Source of the DNA: Tubulanus polymorphus
Lineage: Eukaryota; Animalia; Nemertea
Direction of reading: 5' to 3'
Length of the DNA: 64,000 nucleotides
Assembly: GCF_964204645.1 (NCBI RefSeq)
Contig: NC_134027.1
Location: 27,490,560 to 27,554,559, forward strand
The position numbers were made by a program, and so were the translations under genes. Below are positions 36,808-56,831 of this stretch, in pieces (the stretch's first letter is position 1; the number at the start of each line of letters is the position of its first letter). The notes under the pieces were generated by a model that was not told the origin of the DNA, made no database searches, and worked only from the letters and a program-made list of their open reading frames with translations.

Positions 36808-37497
36808 TTCGGTTCTGAGTAACAATTTCAAAAGCGGAATTTATGCTTTAGAATTCTACAACTAAAAGACGAACCTAAATACATAGAAAGTTCTCGAGGG
36901 AAATCAATTCTAATTTGAAGTATTTCACGAAGCTCCTGATTAAATTTGATCTCAGTGCTTTATTTACAGAAATAGTTCGCTGTTTTATTTGAGTTAGAAA
37001 TGTAGATTTTAGAAAACGAAGCGCAATCCAAACGTGAAATACAAACAACTGCAGAATAAGATTAACGTTTATTCTCCTGACTAGAATAAGTTTAAGGAGG
37101 ACCAATACACGACGAGCATACTTCAAGATTGTCCAGTCGGTATCATACTATATTAATCGGCAATTTATATTACGAGACATGCATAAAAAAGTTAAGATAT
37201 TGAACAGTTAATCGATTACGGAAAAATATTACAAAGTGATAGGAATGTTATTAAATTAGCTCTGATATCAGGTTCTTATGTCTTAATTAATTCATCGTAT
37301 CTAATTTCAATCACTCGGAAGAAGGACCCTATACTGTCTGGTGCTGCCGCTATGCTCATCGTTAGCGGATTTTTCATACACTAACACGCACCAACTCTGG
37401 CAATCAATGTAAGGCAGTTGCCAAAGGCGATTTAGTTTAGTGTATGAAAATCCCGCTAACGATGAGTATAGCGGCAGCACCTGACGGTATGAGGATA

Positions 37498-37964
37498 CAT
37501 TAATTTTAGACAATATAAGAAGGATATTAAACTTGAAAACTATATAAATCGACTTGATGACGACTTAGTGACCAGTTTATTCCAGTTCAGGATTGGATCT
37601 TATCTCTTACCTGTAAATAAATTGTCAAACCTCCATCTACCGAGAACCGATAGATTATGCCCCACCTGTAACGTTTTACATTATGAATTACATTTCATTT
37701 TTGACTGTAAATTACTTACCGAATTCCGTGATAGCTACCTAAATTCAAATACCTTTCGGAATCTTGATGTTTTAATAAATCCAACTTTTAAAGTATTTAA
37801 ATTTATCAAATTAGGTCTACAACGATATTGGGTCTGTATATAACGTTTGTTATGTTTCAAAGTGCTTTTATCTACTGTTTTTGTAAATAATTGTAAATAC
37901 TGTTTTTTCCTCATATACCATGGGAATGGTTGGAGTGTAATAAAATATTCGTATTCGTTTTCGT
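37498..37964 (+). mobile_element. 5'-truncated non-LTR retrotransposon (L2/CR1/Daphne-like ORF2 C-terminus and 3' UTR)
   Basis: Encodes FRIGSYLLPV..RLCPTCNVLHYELHFIFDC..FR, the C-terminal Cys/His motif of LINE ORF2. Ends AATAAAA-TATTCG-TATTCG-TTTTCG; flanked by the direct repeat AGGATA (37492-37497 and 37965-37970). Clade is inference. Confidence 0.8.
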
Positions 37965-38146
37965 AGGATATGGCATACAGTTTGGTTCGGCCTTCGCCCA
38001 CGGCCCGCATGTGTTATTCACTCTCAGTAATAATATCTGTCAGAACAATTCAGAATTTCAATTTGTTAAAAGAATCTTGGCGTAAAATTCACAACCACAG
38101 TAAAACTGATATCGTTCATTATAAGAATCTATTTAAAACAATGTAT

Positions 38147-38227
38147 TTCAATATTTTGGCAACTAAAATTCCTTCATCATTAAACACGTATTAAATAATT
38201 TAGTTCCATCTGTTTCCGGGATAGATC
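38147..38227 (-). pseudogene. Second degenerate NIT2 exon-4 copy
   Basis: Same sequence as 32579-32667 but with a ~7 nt deletion (tggacac missing) that shifts the frame. Confidence 0.8.
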
Positions 38228-40775
38228 CGGCTAAATTGTAACATGCAACACATTTTAAGCTACTAAAACATCTTTTATGCCATTAAGATGATGAGGTCAC
38301 GTGGTTTACGTCGCTTTTTGGGCCGATTTATTCTGGACGTCATGATTAATCAACTTCCGCCATACTGAGTACATGCATTACTGTGGTGCACTAATCGAAA
38401 AGATGGATTTCTTTGAATAAGATTATTATAATCTTATCTATATCAACACTTTCATGTCGTGTACTTACTTAACAATTATGATTGACGTCATCATTTCGTC
38501 ACTTATATTTGGTACAAAGCTTTATCAAACAAAGAGGCAAACAAAAAATCACAACAGAATAAAAAGGCATGACGCAAGAATCAAACATCGTCATCAACAA
38601 CGACACTTCAGGATCAGGATCTTGTGTGTTAATCGTATCTAATTACAATCACTCGGATGAAGGTAGAATCCTTACACCGTCTGGTGCTGCCACTATGCTC
38701 GTCGTTAGCGGATTTTTCATACACTAACATGAGTCAACTCAATGTAAGGCAGTTGCCAGAGGCGATTCATCTTAGTGTATGAAAATCCCGCTAACGATGA
38801 GTATAGCGGCAGCACCTGACGGTTTGGAAATGCGGCATGCAGTTAGGTTCGGCCGTCGCCTATGGCCCGCATCTGTTAATCACTCTCAGTGATATGTCGG
38901 CAAAATTTGGAATTTTAATTTGTTAAAAGAATCTTGATGTAAAATTCACAACCACAGTCAAACTGATCTTATTCATTATAAGAATCTTTTTAAAACAATG
39001 CATTTCTATTTTGCAAATTATAACAATAACATGCACCACATGGTCATAACGAAAAACCAAGTCACCCAGATTACTTCACAACTTGTTGACGCTCATTTAT
39101 TGTGGGTTCCTAAAGGCATTTAAATCTAAAACGTAAATTACACGCGCCCACCATTTTCGAGAAAGTATTTGGTATGGCGCATGCCAGGGGTAAGAATGAT
39201 AACTTCGCATGCCAGGGCAAGAATAAATGAATGGCTCCTCGCGCGAGATGAGCAACTTTGCGCCGAAAACCATGGGTCGCAGTTTCACACGAATGATCAA
39301 TATTTTGACCGAATTTAAGTGAAGAAATTAATGTGTTCGGTTGACAACTGTAATCAAATCTCATAAAAGGACAAGTAGATTAATTTAATTTCTTCATTCA
39401 CTCAGTTTTTCTTAGTGGTTTATGATGAGAAGAGGGTTCAATCAGATTTAGAAGCTGCAGTTTCGCACACTAAATAGCGAGCACGGTATTCAATTCCGTT
39501 CGAGTCCAGTTTCACGAAGAAATGATGAATCAATCTTAGCTAAACTATACTTTCAAATAAAACATATTATTTGCACGCAATTTGTAAAACTGGACCCTCA
39601 GCTCAGTTTCTTCTATGAGACTGAACCAGAGGGATTCACTGAGTGTGTGTGAAACTGCTGACGTCTGTAATCACAACTAAAACAACACAGAAAATTCATC
39701 TTTATTTCAAAACAGTAACATCAGTTCGCACGAAATATAATAAAGAAATACAATATATAATAAAGAAATACAATAATATAAGAAAACCTGTCGATATTTC
39801 AACTATTTTGTTTCATTGATTGTGAAACTTTACAGTCAAACAAAATATGTCCATTTAACAAAATATGTCCATTTACAATATCACACAAGTTTATACAAGT
39901 TACAAATTCCAAGTTTTTGGTTTCATTGATTGAGTGACTTAAAAGTTGTATGTGTATCATTTAAATTTATACAAAACCAGACCAATGAAACCGGGTCCTG
40001 ATCGAGGTACAAACAATTACAAACTAATGCAGTTACATGGAGTGCGTAAACTATCTCATGCCCTTGATCCATCTCAGAAAGCCCATCATTAGGGTTTTCT
40101 CTTATTCCCTAAATTGTGATTCGCTTGGCGAGGCAGAAAACCCGTTATCACTGCTAAATATTTAATCTAAAATTGAATCAATTCAGTAAAAATTAAAACG
40201 CACTTTACACAAATTTAAAAGGATTAGGAAGACACAACATTTATGAGTCTCTCTAGAGACCATCGTCAAGTCTGAAGAAATAACTAAAACAGGGAAAAAT
40301 AGTGAGGGAAAAACAAGTTAATTGAGAAAAGTAAAGCTAGAGGTTAAGTGCTTGGGTTGAGAGGTTTTTTGTGCATAGGTTGTTCTAGTTATTTCTACAT
40401 TTACTTTTATTATTTTGATTCCAATTCTTGATAAATAAATAACGCGTTTATTCTTTTAAATTTGCATATAGCGGGTTTTAAATTATATATTCTATGCCAG
40501 AGTCAGGCTATTATTCTTTTAGCAAAAATTACGTCACAGCTTTGAGAGACAAATCAGGGGATGACTCCATCGTTTTCCTGCCAGTGTCGGCCAGCACAAT
40601 ATAATACTGGTAATATATTTGACTTAAAATTTTAAAATTGCAGATCTCTGAAGTAAGTGGCAGCATATCAATCTGCAGGTAGATGGCTGGTCGCTGTCCT
40701 TGTCTGATGGAATCCATCTCGTCCTAGAATAGAAAGAAAACTTGCCTCTGCAGATATTACATGTGTTCAATGTTT

Positions 40776-47590
<6,815 letters not shown>

Positions 47591-49532
47591 CCCGCCCTCC
47601 CATACCCCTTCCCTCCCGCCCTCCCGGACCCCTTCCCTCCCGCCCTCCCGGACCCCTTCCCTCCCGCCCTCCCGGACCCCTTCCCTCCCGCCCTCCCATA
47701 CCCCTTCCCTCTCGCCCTCCCATACCCCTTCCCTCCCTTCCGGACCCCTTCCCTCCCGCCCTCCCAGACCCCTTCCCTCCCGCCCTCCCTCACCCCTTCC
47801 CTCCCGCCCTCCCTCACCCCTTCCCTCCCACCCTCCCGGACCACATCCCTCCCACCCTCCCGGACCACATCCCACCCTCCCGGACCACATCCCTCCCACC
47901 CTCCCGGACCCCTTCCCTCCCACCCTCCCGGACCACTTCCCTCCAACCCTCCCGGACCCCTTCCCTCCCATCCTCCCAGACCCCTTCCCTCCTGCCCTCC
48001 CGGACCCCTTCCCTCCCGCCCTCCCGGACCCTTCTCCCACCCTCCCTCAATGCTCTCCCACCTGGGCCACCCTCCTAGCCCTCCCTCAATGCCCTCCCAC
48101 CTAGCCCTCCCTCAATGCCCTCCCATCATGCCTCTCTCGTCTCCTCCTCAGACACCACTCATCTGTACAATAACTGCAAAATGATTTGCCATTTTTCACG
48201 ATCATATCAATTTCATTTATAAATCAAAATCCTTAATCAATTGCATCATTGATGGGACTCACAGATACTTTCTCTACACATTTTGGAAGCATTCAGATGA
48301 CCTCAAATGATCATATGCCTGGTTCGGTCTTGAAAATGACATGGCTTTATTTTTACGGATGATTTCTTTATCAATTTCATCAAATTATTCCTATTATTTC
48401 TACTCCCTCTAATAAGTATTCACAATATATCTCAGTTTCACGACAAGTTGCAGCAGTCGTCTGTAAACAGATTTCATTTCATCAAATGATGCGAGTTTGA
48501 GTTGTAGAGGTTTCATCTACAAAACATCAAACCAAACCCGAGGAACTTAATGTTGTAAGGGAAGGGGACGTATATGGAGGGTTCACCCGAACCGAGGAAA
48601 TAAACCCGAACCAAATCTCCACACTCACAAAATATTGTGAGAAAGGCAAACACAAACCAAGGACAAGAATGATGGCTGAGATCAAAACAATTAATGCTAT
48701 TTATGTTGCTTCACCAATTCAACATGACGTCACTAAATGAAACCATTGTGGACTATTTCAATACTCTCTACTAGAGGTTTCATATAAGCAAGTAGTTTAT
48801 GGAATCCTATTCATAAAAGTTATTAATCAATGTTTTTAAACTGCTGATGCAAAATATATACGTCATTAAATAATCTGTTTGATTGTCTTTTCAAGTTAAC
48901 ACTTAAACCCAGTGGAACGAACTCCAGCCATTTTTCCTTCATTTGCCATTTTTCGTTTTAACTCTTTGCTCCGACTTTTAGCACTTTAGAGTTGAGGTAG
49001 GAATAGACCCCTGCCCACTCGTTAAGCTTGCAGGACACTAAACCTTTGAATTGCCCTCGGACCCCACTCTTTATATTTCATCTTTTTTTGAGTCGAGGTA
49101 GGAATAGACCCCTGCCCACTCTTTATATTTCATCTTTTTTTGAGTCGAGGTAGGAATAGACCCCTGCCCGCCCTCTAAGCGTGCAGGACACTAAACCTTC
49201 GAATTGCTCTCGGACCCCACTCTTTATATCAGCATTTCATGCTGTTTTATCTTATTCACACATTCGCTTTATATTTTTTCATATGGCTTTTCCTTATTTT
49301 GTCGTCTCACTAGAATTCTCAGCAGTTCCGACTGGGATCAAGTTTAGTCTTTTAGAGACAAACAGCAAAAGGTTGTGTAAGTTGCACCAGCAGCAGCAGC
49401 TGCAGCAGCACCAGCAGCAACACTGATACAGATGAATCTTTCATTAACTATGTCATTAGTTCCATTCTCAAATACGGAGTCATGAAGGCAACAGAAATAA
49501 CTTTTAAAAACGTAAAATCTTTCATTCATGGC

Positions 49533-49766
49533 CCTGGTTTGGTGACCTAAGAGTCAAAGTTTGGTTCATAGTCCAGGTTTAGTGACCTAAGAGTCAAAGT
49601 TTGGTTCATAGTCCAGGTTTAGTGACCAAAGAGTCAAAGTTTGGTTCATAGTCCAGGTTTAGTGACCAAAGAGTCAAAGTTTGGTTCATAGTCCAGGTTT
49701 AGTGACCAAAGAGTCAAAGTTTGGTTCATGGCTCAGGTTTAGTGACCAAAGAGTCAAAGTTTGGTC
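49533..49766. repeat. 40 bp minisatellite x~6
   Basis: TTGGTTCATAGTCCAGGTTTAGTGACC(T/A)AAGAGTCAAAGT. Confidence 0.92.
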
Positions 49767-50288
49767 TATGATTCTGATTTGGTGATCACGGAGGGTAAAT
49801 ATGACCCTCGTTAAAGGTAAGTCTGTTTTATGGCTCTGGTTTGATAAGCAAATAACATGAGAAATTGAACATTGCATATGTTGAATAGGGGAATTGGACT
49901 AAACACTCATCACTAGAATAAAGTGAAGAATTATGTTCACACTGAATGGGCTCAAAATCTTGGACTAATTGATAAAGTCTGAAATAATTCTGACTAATTT
50001 GAGTCAACTGGAAAATGATGCATTGATCGAAGTCTAAAAGCTATAAATTGATCGAGCGCTGATAATATTTTAAATAACAGCGGAGGATGAAATAACTTTC
50101 ATAAACTGATATGATCGTGAAAAATGGCAAAATACACAAGATACCCCTCCCCCTGCTTTATCAAAGTTTCATTGTAGTAGGAAGGTCGCGGTAGCCTAAT
50201 GGTGAAAACTACAACTACCTCTGGTTGAATATCATCTGTTTTTACGGCTTTTTCTCCGTGTCAATCTTTGTCCCACCTAAAAATTGTA

Positions 50289-51061
50289 CAGTTTATTTCA
50301 GAAAATGTGTCCCATCTTTTTGAAAAGGATAACTAATTATTAAGGATATCTATGAATAGTGATATACTGTGCCATGAAGGCAAATGAAGAAGTGTCTGAA
50401 AATCCATAAAAGCGAATACAAAACATATCACTTATTCTAATAAGTTCTATACTCTTCTTCCAAAAATGAAGAGTAGGTCTCTGTCTAAGAATCTGCAGAA
50501 AAAAGAGGAGGCAGCAATGAATGTGAACTGCATCTCGACTCTCGTCAACAATTTTCTCCTATACAGTTCTCAGTATTTACAGCCGTTTTTAAAATAGCAC
50601 AGAAGAAAAAACATCTTTCAGCTGGAAATGTATCAGTAAACGGCCAGATATCAACAGTAATTATTACGTATGATTGTTGTTTCATTGAATTGTTCATTAA
50701 GTCGTAATTTGATCGGAGCCAAGGAGCAGAACTTGTGATCATTCAAAAAATATCTCTCATTCCTGACCACCTTGAATAATGGCCCTAAAAATTGAAATGT
50801 CCCAATTCAGATATCTGGCGCAATTATCTCATAACAATTGAGAGAAGTGACGGTGAAATTACGTGTGCACTCACCGGGGATCAAACCCGGGTCTCATAGA
50901 AATAACAACCAGTAAAATAGAACGAGTCCAATTGGCTGATGGTTATACAGCTTGTCATGCATAACAACTGAAACATGACATGTTGCAGTCACGTGTTTCA
51001 TAATGATTAATCCTTTCTTAGAATAAATAAAAAGATGGGACACATTTTCTGAAATATCCTG
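50289..51061. mobile_element. Non-autonomous mariner-like element
   Basis: 28 bp perfect inverted repeat TATTTCAGAAAATGTGTCCCATCTTTTT (50294-50321 and 51029-51056), with CAG..CTG outer ends. Confidence 0.65.
50865..50894 (-). pseudogene. tRNA 3'-half-like fragment (T-arm/B box); an isolated A-box-like 5' piece lies at 50184-50203 (+)
   Basis: GAGACCCGGGTTTGATCCCCGGTGAGTGCA; GGTCGCGGTAGCCTAATGGT. No full cloverleaf. Confidence 0.4.
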
Positions 51062-53248
51062 AACTTCAAGTCTAAAGCTAACAACGACTAAACCACCTGT
51101 ACCTGTACCTAAACCCTAAAGCCCCACCCTATATCCCTCCCTCTAAAGTCCTACCACCACCCCTACATCCCTCCCGCCCTCCCGGACCCCTTCCCTCCCG
51201 CCCTGCCAGACCCCATCCCTCCCGCCCTCCCGGACCCCATCCCTCCCGCCCTGCCGCACACCTTCCCTCCCATCCTCCCTCACCCCTTCCCTCCCGCCCT
51301 CCCTCACCCCTTCCCTCCCGCCCTCCCTCACCCCTTCCCTCCCGCCCTCCCTCACCCCTTCCCTCCCCCCAACCCTACCCACCCACCCCGAACCCCGCGG
51401 TTAGATGATTTGAAATGTTCTGTTTTAGTTAGACGGATGGGAATCTAATGAAGATGAGAGAACATTAAATCACTGTTCAATCACAGGATGAAGTAATGCA
51501 GTGATCTGTACTCTGTATCTGTACACAATGTTACAATGTATCTGTAACTGTTCAATCAGTATGAAATAAGTACAGCAGTTTAATCCACAGAAATTCTAAC
51601 TCTAAAGATACACATGATCTGATTGTCACGAAAGAACTTGACTGATAACAGTTGTATTATTGACATCAGGAACCAGTTTCAAATAGATTAGAAATAACAT
51701 TTGAATTGATCACAATTTAGAAAGCCTGTAAACCCGCTTACTGAAATAACAATCCTAATCATGAACTGATTATAGTCAAATATTCACCAAAAGAATTTTG
51801 AAATGATTGAATAAATGCAACAGGTTTCTGAGATTTCATTTCAAAACATGGTTTAGTCTATAACAAACAATATAAAACTGGTACCTTAAAATCAATTCAA
51901 CACCGATGATGAATAAAGATTAATGTAACTTATCTTGAATTTCCACATTTAGTGATTCCCGATGTCATGTGCTGAATAAAAAAAGTCTGTGAAACACTTG
52001 ATTCCTTGATGTCCTTTGCAGAATCCAAGAGTGATTCCTGACGTCCTGTGCAGAATCCAAGAGTGATTCCTTGTTTTCCTGTGCTGAATCAAAATTCCCA
52101 TTGAACAAGTTGAAGTGATACCTATAATAGACAAATCTAAGATTGTTTTCTTTCCTTAGAAATAACTGCAGAAATATCAAATTTAAAATTCAAACTTACA
52201 AATTAAATTGTTCGCTCCAATCTGCTGTTCATTTATTCACGGGGTTTTTCTATCCACAGTTTAGGTTTTGAATCCCGAGTTGAACATGATATATAAACAA
52301 GAAAGTAATGAAGAAACACAAACAGTTTAAATATTATCTGTTTAATGAAACTGATGGAAAAAACACTTAAAAGATGAAATAAAACTGACACTGTTTTCAC
52401 TGTTTGATGTAATCAGTTCTCCAGGTTTGGACAACGATTTCAATTGTATATAAAATAGTTTTACACATCTACAAATGAAAACAGAAAGTATCAAAATGAT
52501 ACAGAATAAAAAATAGAATGAATTCAAACAGAAACCAAAACTAATTCACAATTTAAAGAATCATAGAACAATTTAGGCCTACAACACACAGCAGATGAAC
52601 CCCATCTAGAAATATCAGGGGGATGGAACGGCGATATGTTGGCTCTCATGGGTCCCCTATTCTAAATTCCTGGATCCACCCATGCCTGGTCACTCAATCC
52701 ATCACTGTTCCTTCTTAAGTTGCTTTTTCTTCGACTTGACTTGTCTTTTGTTGGTCGGTCACGCTTGACTAACTGTCACCACGATGTGCACCGTTGTGCC
52801 TCTGAAATATGGTTACCCACAATATCTGAGATAGAATATTTTTCGCCATTTTAACCAATGTTACAAACACTTACCGAATATTGAAATACTGATTTCAGGG
52901 GTCTGAAAGGAGGATGGCAATGTTTGTATTTAGGTGAGGTTTTGCTTAATTTCATGTTATGGCTAAGCACGCCATTTTGATATTGCGTCATAGTGTACCC
53001 CGATAGGGATTCCGCGCCGCCGCAAAAATCAAAATGTACAATGTTGGTCGAGTTTCCAATCGAGAGGTCGAATCCTGGGAGTTCTCTTGCAGCAGCTCTA
53101 CACCTGTACATACTTTTCGATTAGTTTTGGTTTTTATATTCTACGCGATATTCAAAGAATTTGGCACGCTCTTTACCAGATCCCGGATCTGGTAACTTAG
53201 CGTGCGGCACGTCCGGCGGTCAGGGTCCGGTCTCGGAGTGAGTGACTC

Positions 53249-53510
53249 GTAGATAAATACGCTCTCAGCGGATACTGATGAAGTCCCACAATAAACTCAG
53301 CATAAAATCAGAAATTGCTAAAAGAAAGATGGTATGATAACAACTATTGCGCAGCCTGCGTATAATAATAATAGTCAGAAGATTTAATAGAATACCACAA
53401 ACAGTAACAGGACCTATTCCTGTCATCGATATATAAACACTGAACTGGTATTTCCAGTTTATTCGTCGAGTGTTAGCACAAATTTGTAGCGAACCATTGA
53501 CGAAAGACAT
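53249..53510 (-). pseudogene. 5' fragment of the GPCR (N-terminus to TM2), frameshifted and truncated
   Basis: Matches copy B to ...SDFMLSL, then small indels (53265-53295); homology is lost at about 53249. Confidence 0.88.
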
Positions 53511-54054
53511 TTCGGTTCTGAGTAACAATTTCAAAAGCGGAATCTATTTATGCTTCAGAATTCTACAACTAAAAGACGAACCTACATAGAAAGTTAAATC
53601 CGAACTCTAATTTAAAGTATTTTCACGAAGCTCCTGATTCAATTTGCTCTCAGTGCTTTATTTACAGAAATAGTTCGCTGTTTTATTTGAGTTAGAAATG
53701 TAGATTTAAGAAAACGAAGCGCAATCCAAACGTGAAATCCAAACAGATCGCTCTACGTGAAATCGACTCAAACAACTACAGAATCCCTTCACCGTTTGGT
53801 GCTGCCCCTATGCTCATCCTTAGCGGATTTTATATACACTAACACGAGCCAACTCTGGCAATCATTGAAAGGCAGTTGCCAGAGGCGATTCATGTTAGTG
53901 TATGAAAATCCCGCTAACGATGAGTAGTGCGGCAGCACCTGACGGTATAGAAATACGGCAAGCAGGAATTCGTTAAAAGAATCTTGGCGTAAAATTCACA
54001 ACCACAGTAAAACTGATATCGTTCATTATAAGAATCTATTTAAAACAATGTATT

Positions 54055-54135
54055 TCTGTATTTTGGCAACTAAAATTCCTTCATCATTAAACACGTATTA
54101 AATAATTTAGTTCCATCTGTTTCTGGGATAGATCC
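54055..54135 (-). pseudogene. Third degenerate NIT2 exon-4 copy
   Basis: Shares the ~7 nt deletion with the 38.1 kb copy. Confidence 0.8.
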
Positions 54136-54638
54136 TAAATTGTAACATGCAACACATTTTAAGCTACATGTACTAAAACATCTTTTATGCCATTAGGATG
54201 ATGAAGTCACGTGGTTTACGTTGCTTTGGCAGATTAATTCTGAGCGTCACACACTTTTCAAAATCCATTCTGAGTACATGCTTTACTATTGTAGTGCACA
54301 AATCAAAAAAGAAAGATTTCTTTGAATAAGATAATTATAATCTTATCTATATCAACACTTTCCATGTCGTGTCGTACTAGCAATTATCAGTGATGTCATT
54401 ATTTCGTCACTCACACCAAACAAAGAGACAAACAAAAAATCACAAAAGAATAAAAAGGCATGATACTTTTTCAAAATTAATAAGGTACGGTATATTATTT
54501 CATTACTATATCATGTGAGTGTGGTGATGCCTCATGATGAATAGGGGCGGGTTGTCCCGGGTTCAAAGCCAGGAATCCGCAACCTGTGACCCGGAATATC
54601 GTGTTGAGACGATGGAAACACTATGTTAGTCGCTCTCA

Positions 54639-55706
54639 TTAGTGGATTTTATGCGACGAAGTTGTTTTTGGCCAGAAATAAATCTGATTGAAAATAGAAT
54701 TCGCTTCTGAACGAAATTTGTTATGCGTTAAACAATAAACGGTAAAATTGACGCAAGAATCAAACATCGTCATCAACAACGACACTTTACGTAAAATCAT
54801 TCTATCGACGTCACTGAAAATGTGGCTATAAATACTTCTGGGCAGACGATCAAAACATGTCGGAAATTCACAGATTATATAAACAAGAACAACAGCTGAA
54901 ACCATCTTCAATAATCCTGTTTCCTTACCCCTAGAAGCGCCACCTATTAGCGATTTGCGTTGGTTTCTGGTCCAACTATAAAGAATAAACAGGAGTGCGT
55001 TAACAAGTAACAGAAGTGTTGTTGGTAGAAGCACCATCCCAAACGTGATTCTCTGACTGTGATAAGTTATAGAACTCAGAAAATGACGTTGTTTATAAAC
55101 ACGAAGCACATCTGTAAACTGAGGCCAGTAGACGGTGTAAGTGAACTGACCTGGGCCCAAACAGGGCCATCTAGTTAAACCTGGTAATCTGTGGGGAATT
55201 ATAGAGTCGTAATAAAGTAAACACGACAAAAACAACAACAACAAACTGAGTAAATTAATAGTTAAAGGTCTCCAGAAGCGTCGGTAATTCATTGGGAAAA
55301 TTATAACAATGATTCTCTCTAAACTCACAACAACGACGAGCCAGTTTCTGACAAACTGTGACGGATACAGTCCTATATAGGCTACAGTAATAAACCACCA
55401 GCCAAACAACCAGTCATCATAACGAAAAACCAAGTCACCCAGATTACTGTAGATAAAATACGTTCTCATCGGATACATGATAAATCCCGATAAACTCAAC
55501 ATAAAATCAGAAATTGCTAAAAGAAAGATGGTATGATAACAACTATTGCGTAGTCTGCGTATAATAATAATAGTCAGAAGATTTAACAGAATACCACAAA
55601 CAGTAACAGGACCTATTCCTGTCATGTAGATGTAAACGCTGAATTGATATTCCCATTTTATTCGTCGATTAGCACAAATTTGTCGCGAACCATTGACGAC
55701 AGACAT
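54639..55706 (-). CDS. Intronless class A GPCR, copy D (most divergent intact copy)
   Basis: Same motifs as A and B; ATG of MSVVNG at 55706; one-codon N-terminal deletion and scattered substitutions. Confidence 0.92.
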   Translation of the reverse strand: MSVVNGSRQICANRRIKWEYQFSVYIYMTGIGPVTVCGILLNLLTIIIIRRLRNSCYHTIFLLAISDFMLSLSGFIMYPMRTYFIYSNLGDLVFRYDDWLFGWWFITVAYIGLYPSQFVRNWLVVVVSLERIIVIIFPMNYRRFWRPLTINLLSLLLLFLSCLLYYDSIIPHRLPGLTRWPCLGPGQFTYTVYWPQFTDVLRVYKQRHFLSSITYHSQRITFGMVLLPTTLLLLVNALLFILYSWTRNQRKSLIGGASRGKETGLLKMVSAVVLVYIICEFPTCFDRLPRSIYSHIFSDVDRMILRKVSLLMTMFDSCVNFTVYCLTHNKFRSEANSIFNQIYFWPKTTSSHKIH

Positions 55707-56831
55707 TGCGTTGTGTATCAATTTCAAAAGGGGAATTCATGCTTTAGAATTCTACAACCAAGCTTAAATACATAGCAAGTTCTCGAGGGAAATCAATTCT
55801 AATTTGAAGTATTTCACGAAGCTCCTGATTCAATTTGCTCTCAGTGCTTTATTTACAGAAATAGTTTGCTGTTTTATTTGAGAGTTAGAAATGTAGATTT
55901 TAGAAAACGAAGCCTGATCAGTGTTTCGTTACGACTGTCGATTCAATGATTGAATTAATTTATAATAAATTCTTTACGTGAAATCCAAACAATTTCGGCC
56001 AATTTCTAAAGAGTTTGATACAGGTTTACGTCAAAATAAGTTTCTCAAAGCAAAAAAGGTGATTTACTTGGGAACTCTGGGAAAGGGTGGAGCCCGTCTG
56101 GTATAGGACACGGTTCTTACATGCACCATATTTTGTAGTTACTTAAACATTTTTACGCCATTCGGAGGATGAGGTCGCTTGGGCCGGTTTAATATTCTGG
56201 ACGTCATAACTAATTAAATTCCACACTGAACGCACTTGCTATGTATCCGCTAACTAAAGAAGAAAGATGTTTTGATAAGATACAGAACTCATATCAACAT
56301 TTGTGACTTGTATACTAACAATCATATTTAACTAACGTCATAATTTTGGTCCCTAATGAGGTTAGGGTGGGTCGCGGTATAGAAAATTAGTTAATAAATT
56401 TCTCAAATTTTGTAAGGGCTAGTAGAGGACACCGGCTGCTCCTCCGCCGCTGGTCAAGTCCAAACGTTATAAGTGCAGAGTATTCGGGTTAAATAAAAGA
56501 TCAACACAATTCTTAATTCATACATTAAACAATGTTTATTACAATATTCAAAAATCAACATTTTATTTTACAAATAGTATTTTGCAGTAAGCCATAAAGC
56601 AATATACACAAAATACTGATGCCATTTAATAGCTATTTAACAATGCATTAAGCTCAGAAATCATTCATCACGTGAAACAGTGATTTGTGGAGATTGATGA
56701 ATTTTGTGCAGCTCAACATAAAAAACCACGATAAATAATCTGTTCGAATAATTTCTCTCTCATAATTTGAACACAATATTCAGAATACTCTGTTTGTGTA
56801 GGTGGGAGTTTCAAGAGGGCAAAGATCTGTT

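Noticed and set aside
48985-49230. Three partial repeats GAGTCGAGGTAGGAATAGACCCCTGCCC, possibly a SINE domain
   Set aside because: The repeat is real, but no A/B boxes or tail allow classification.
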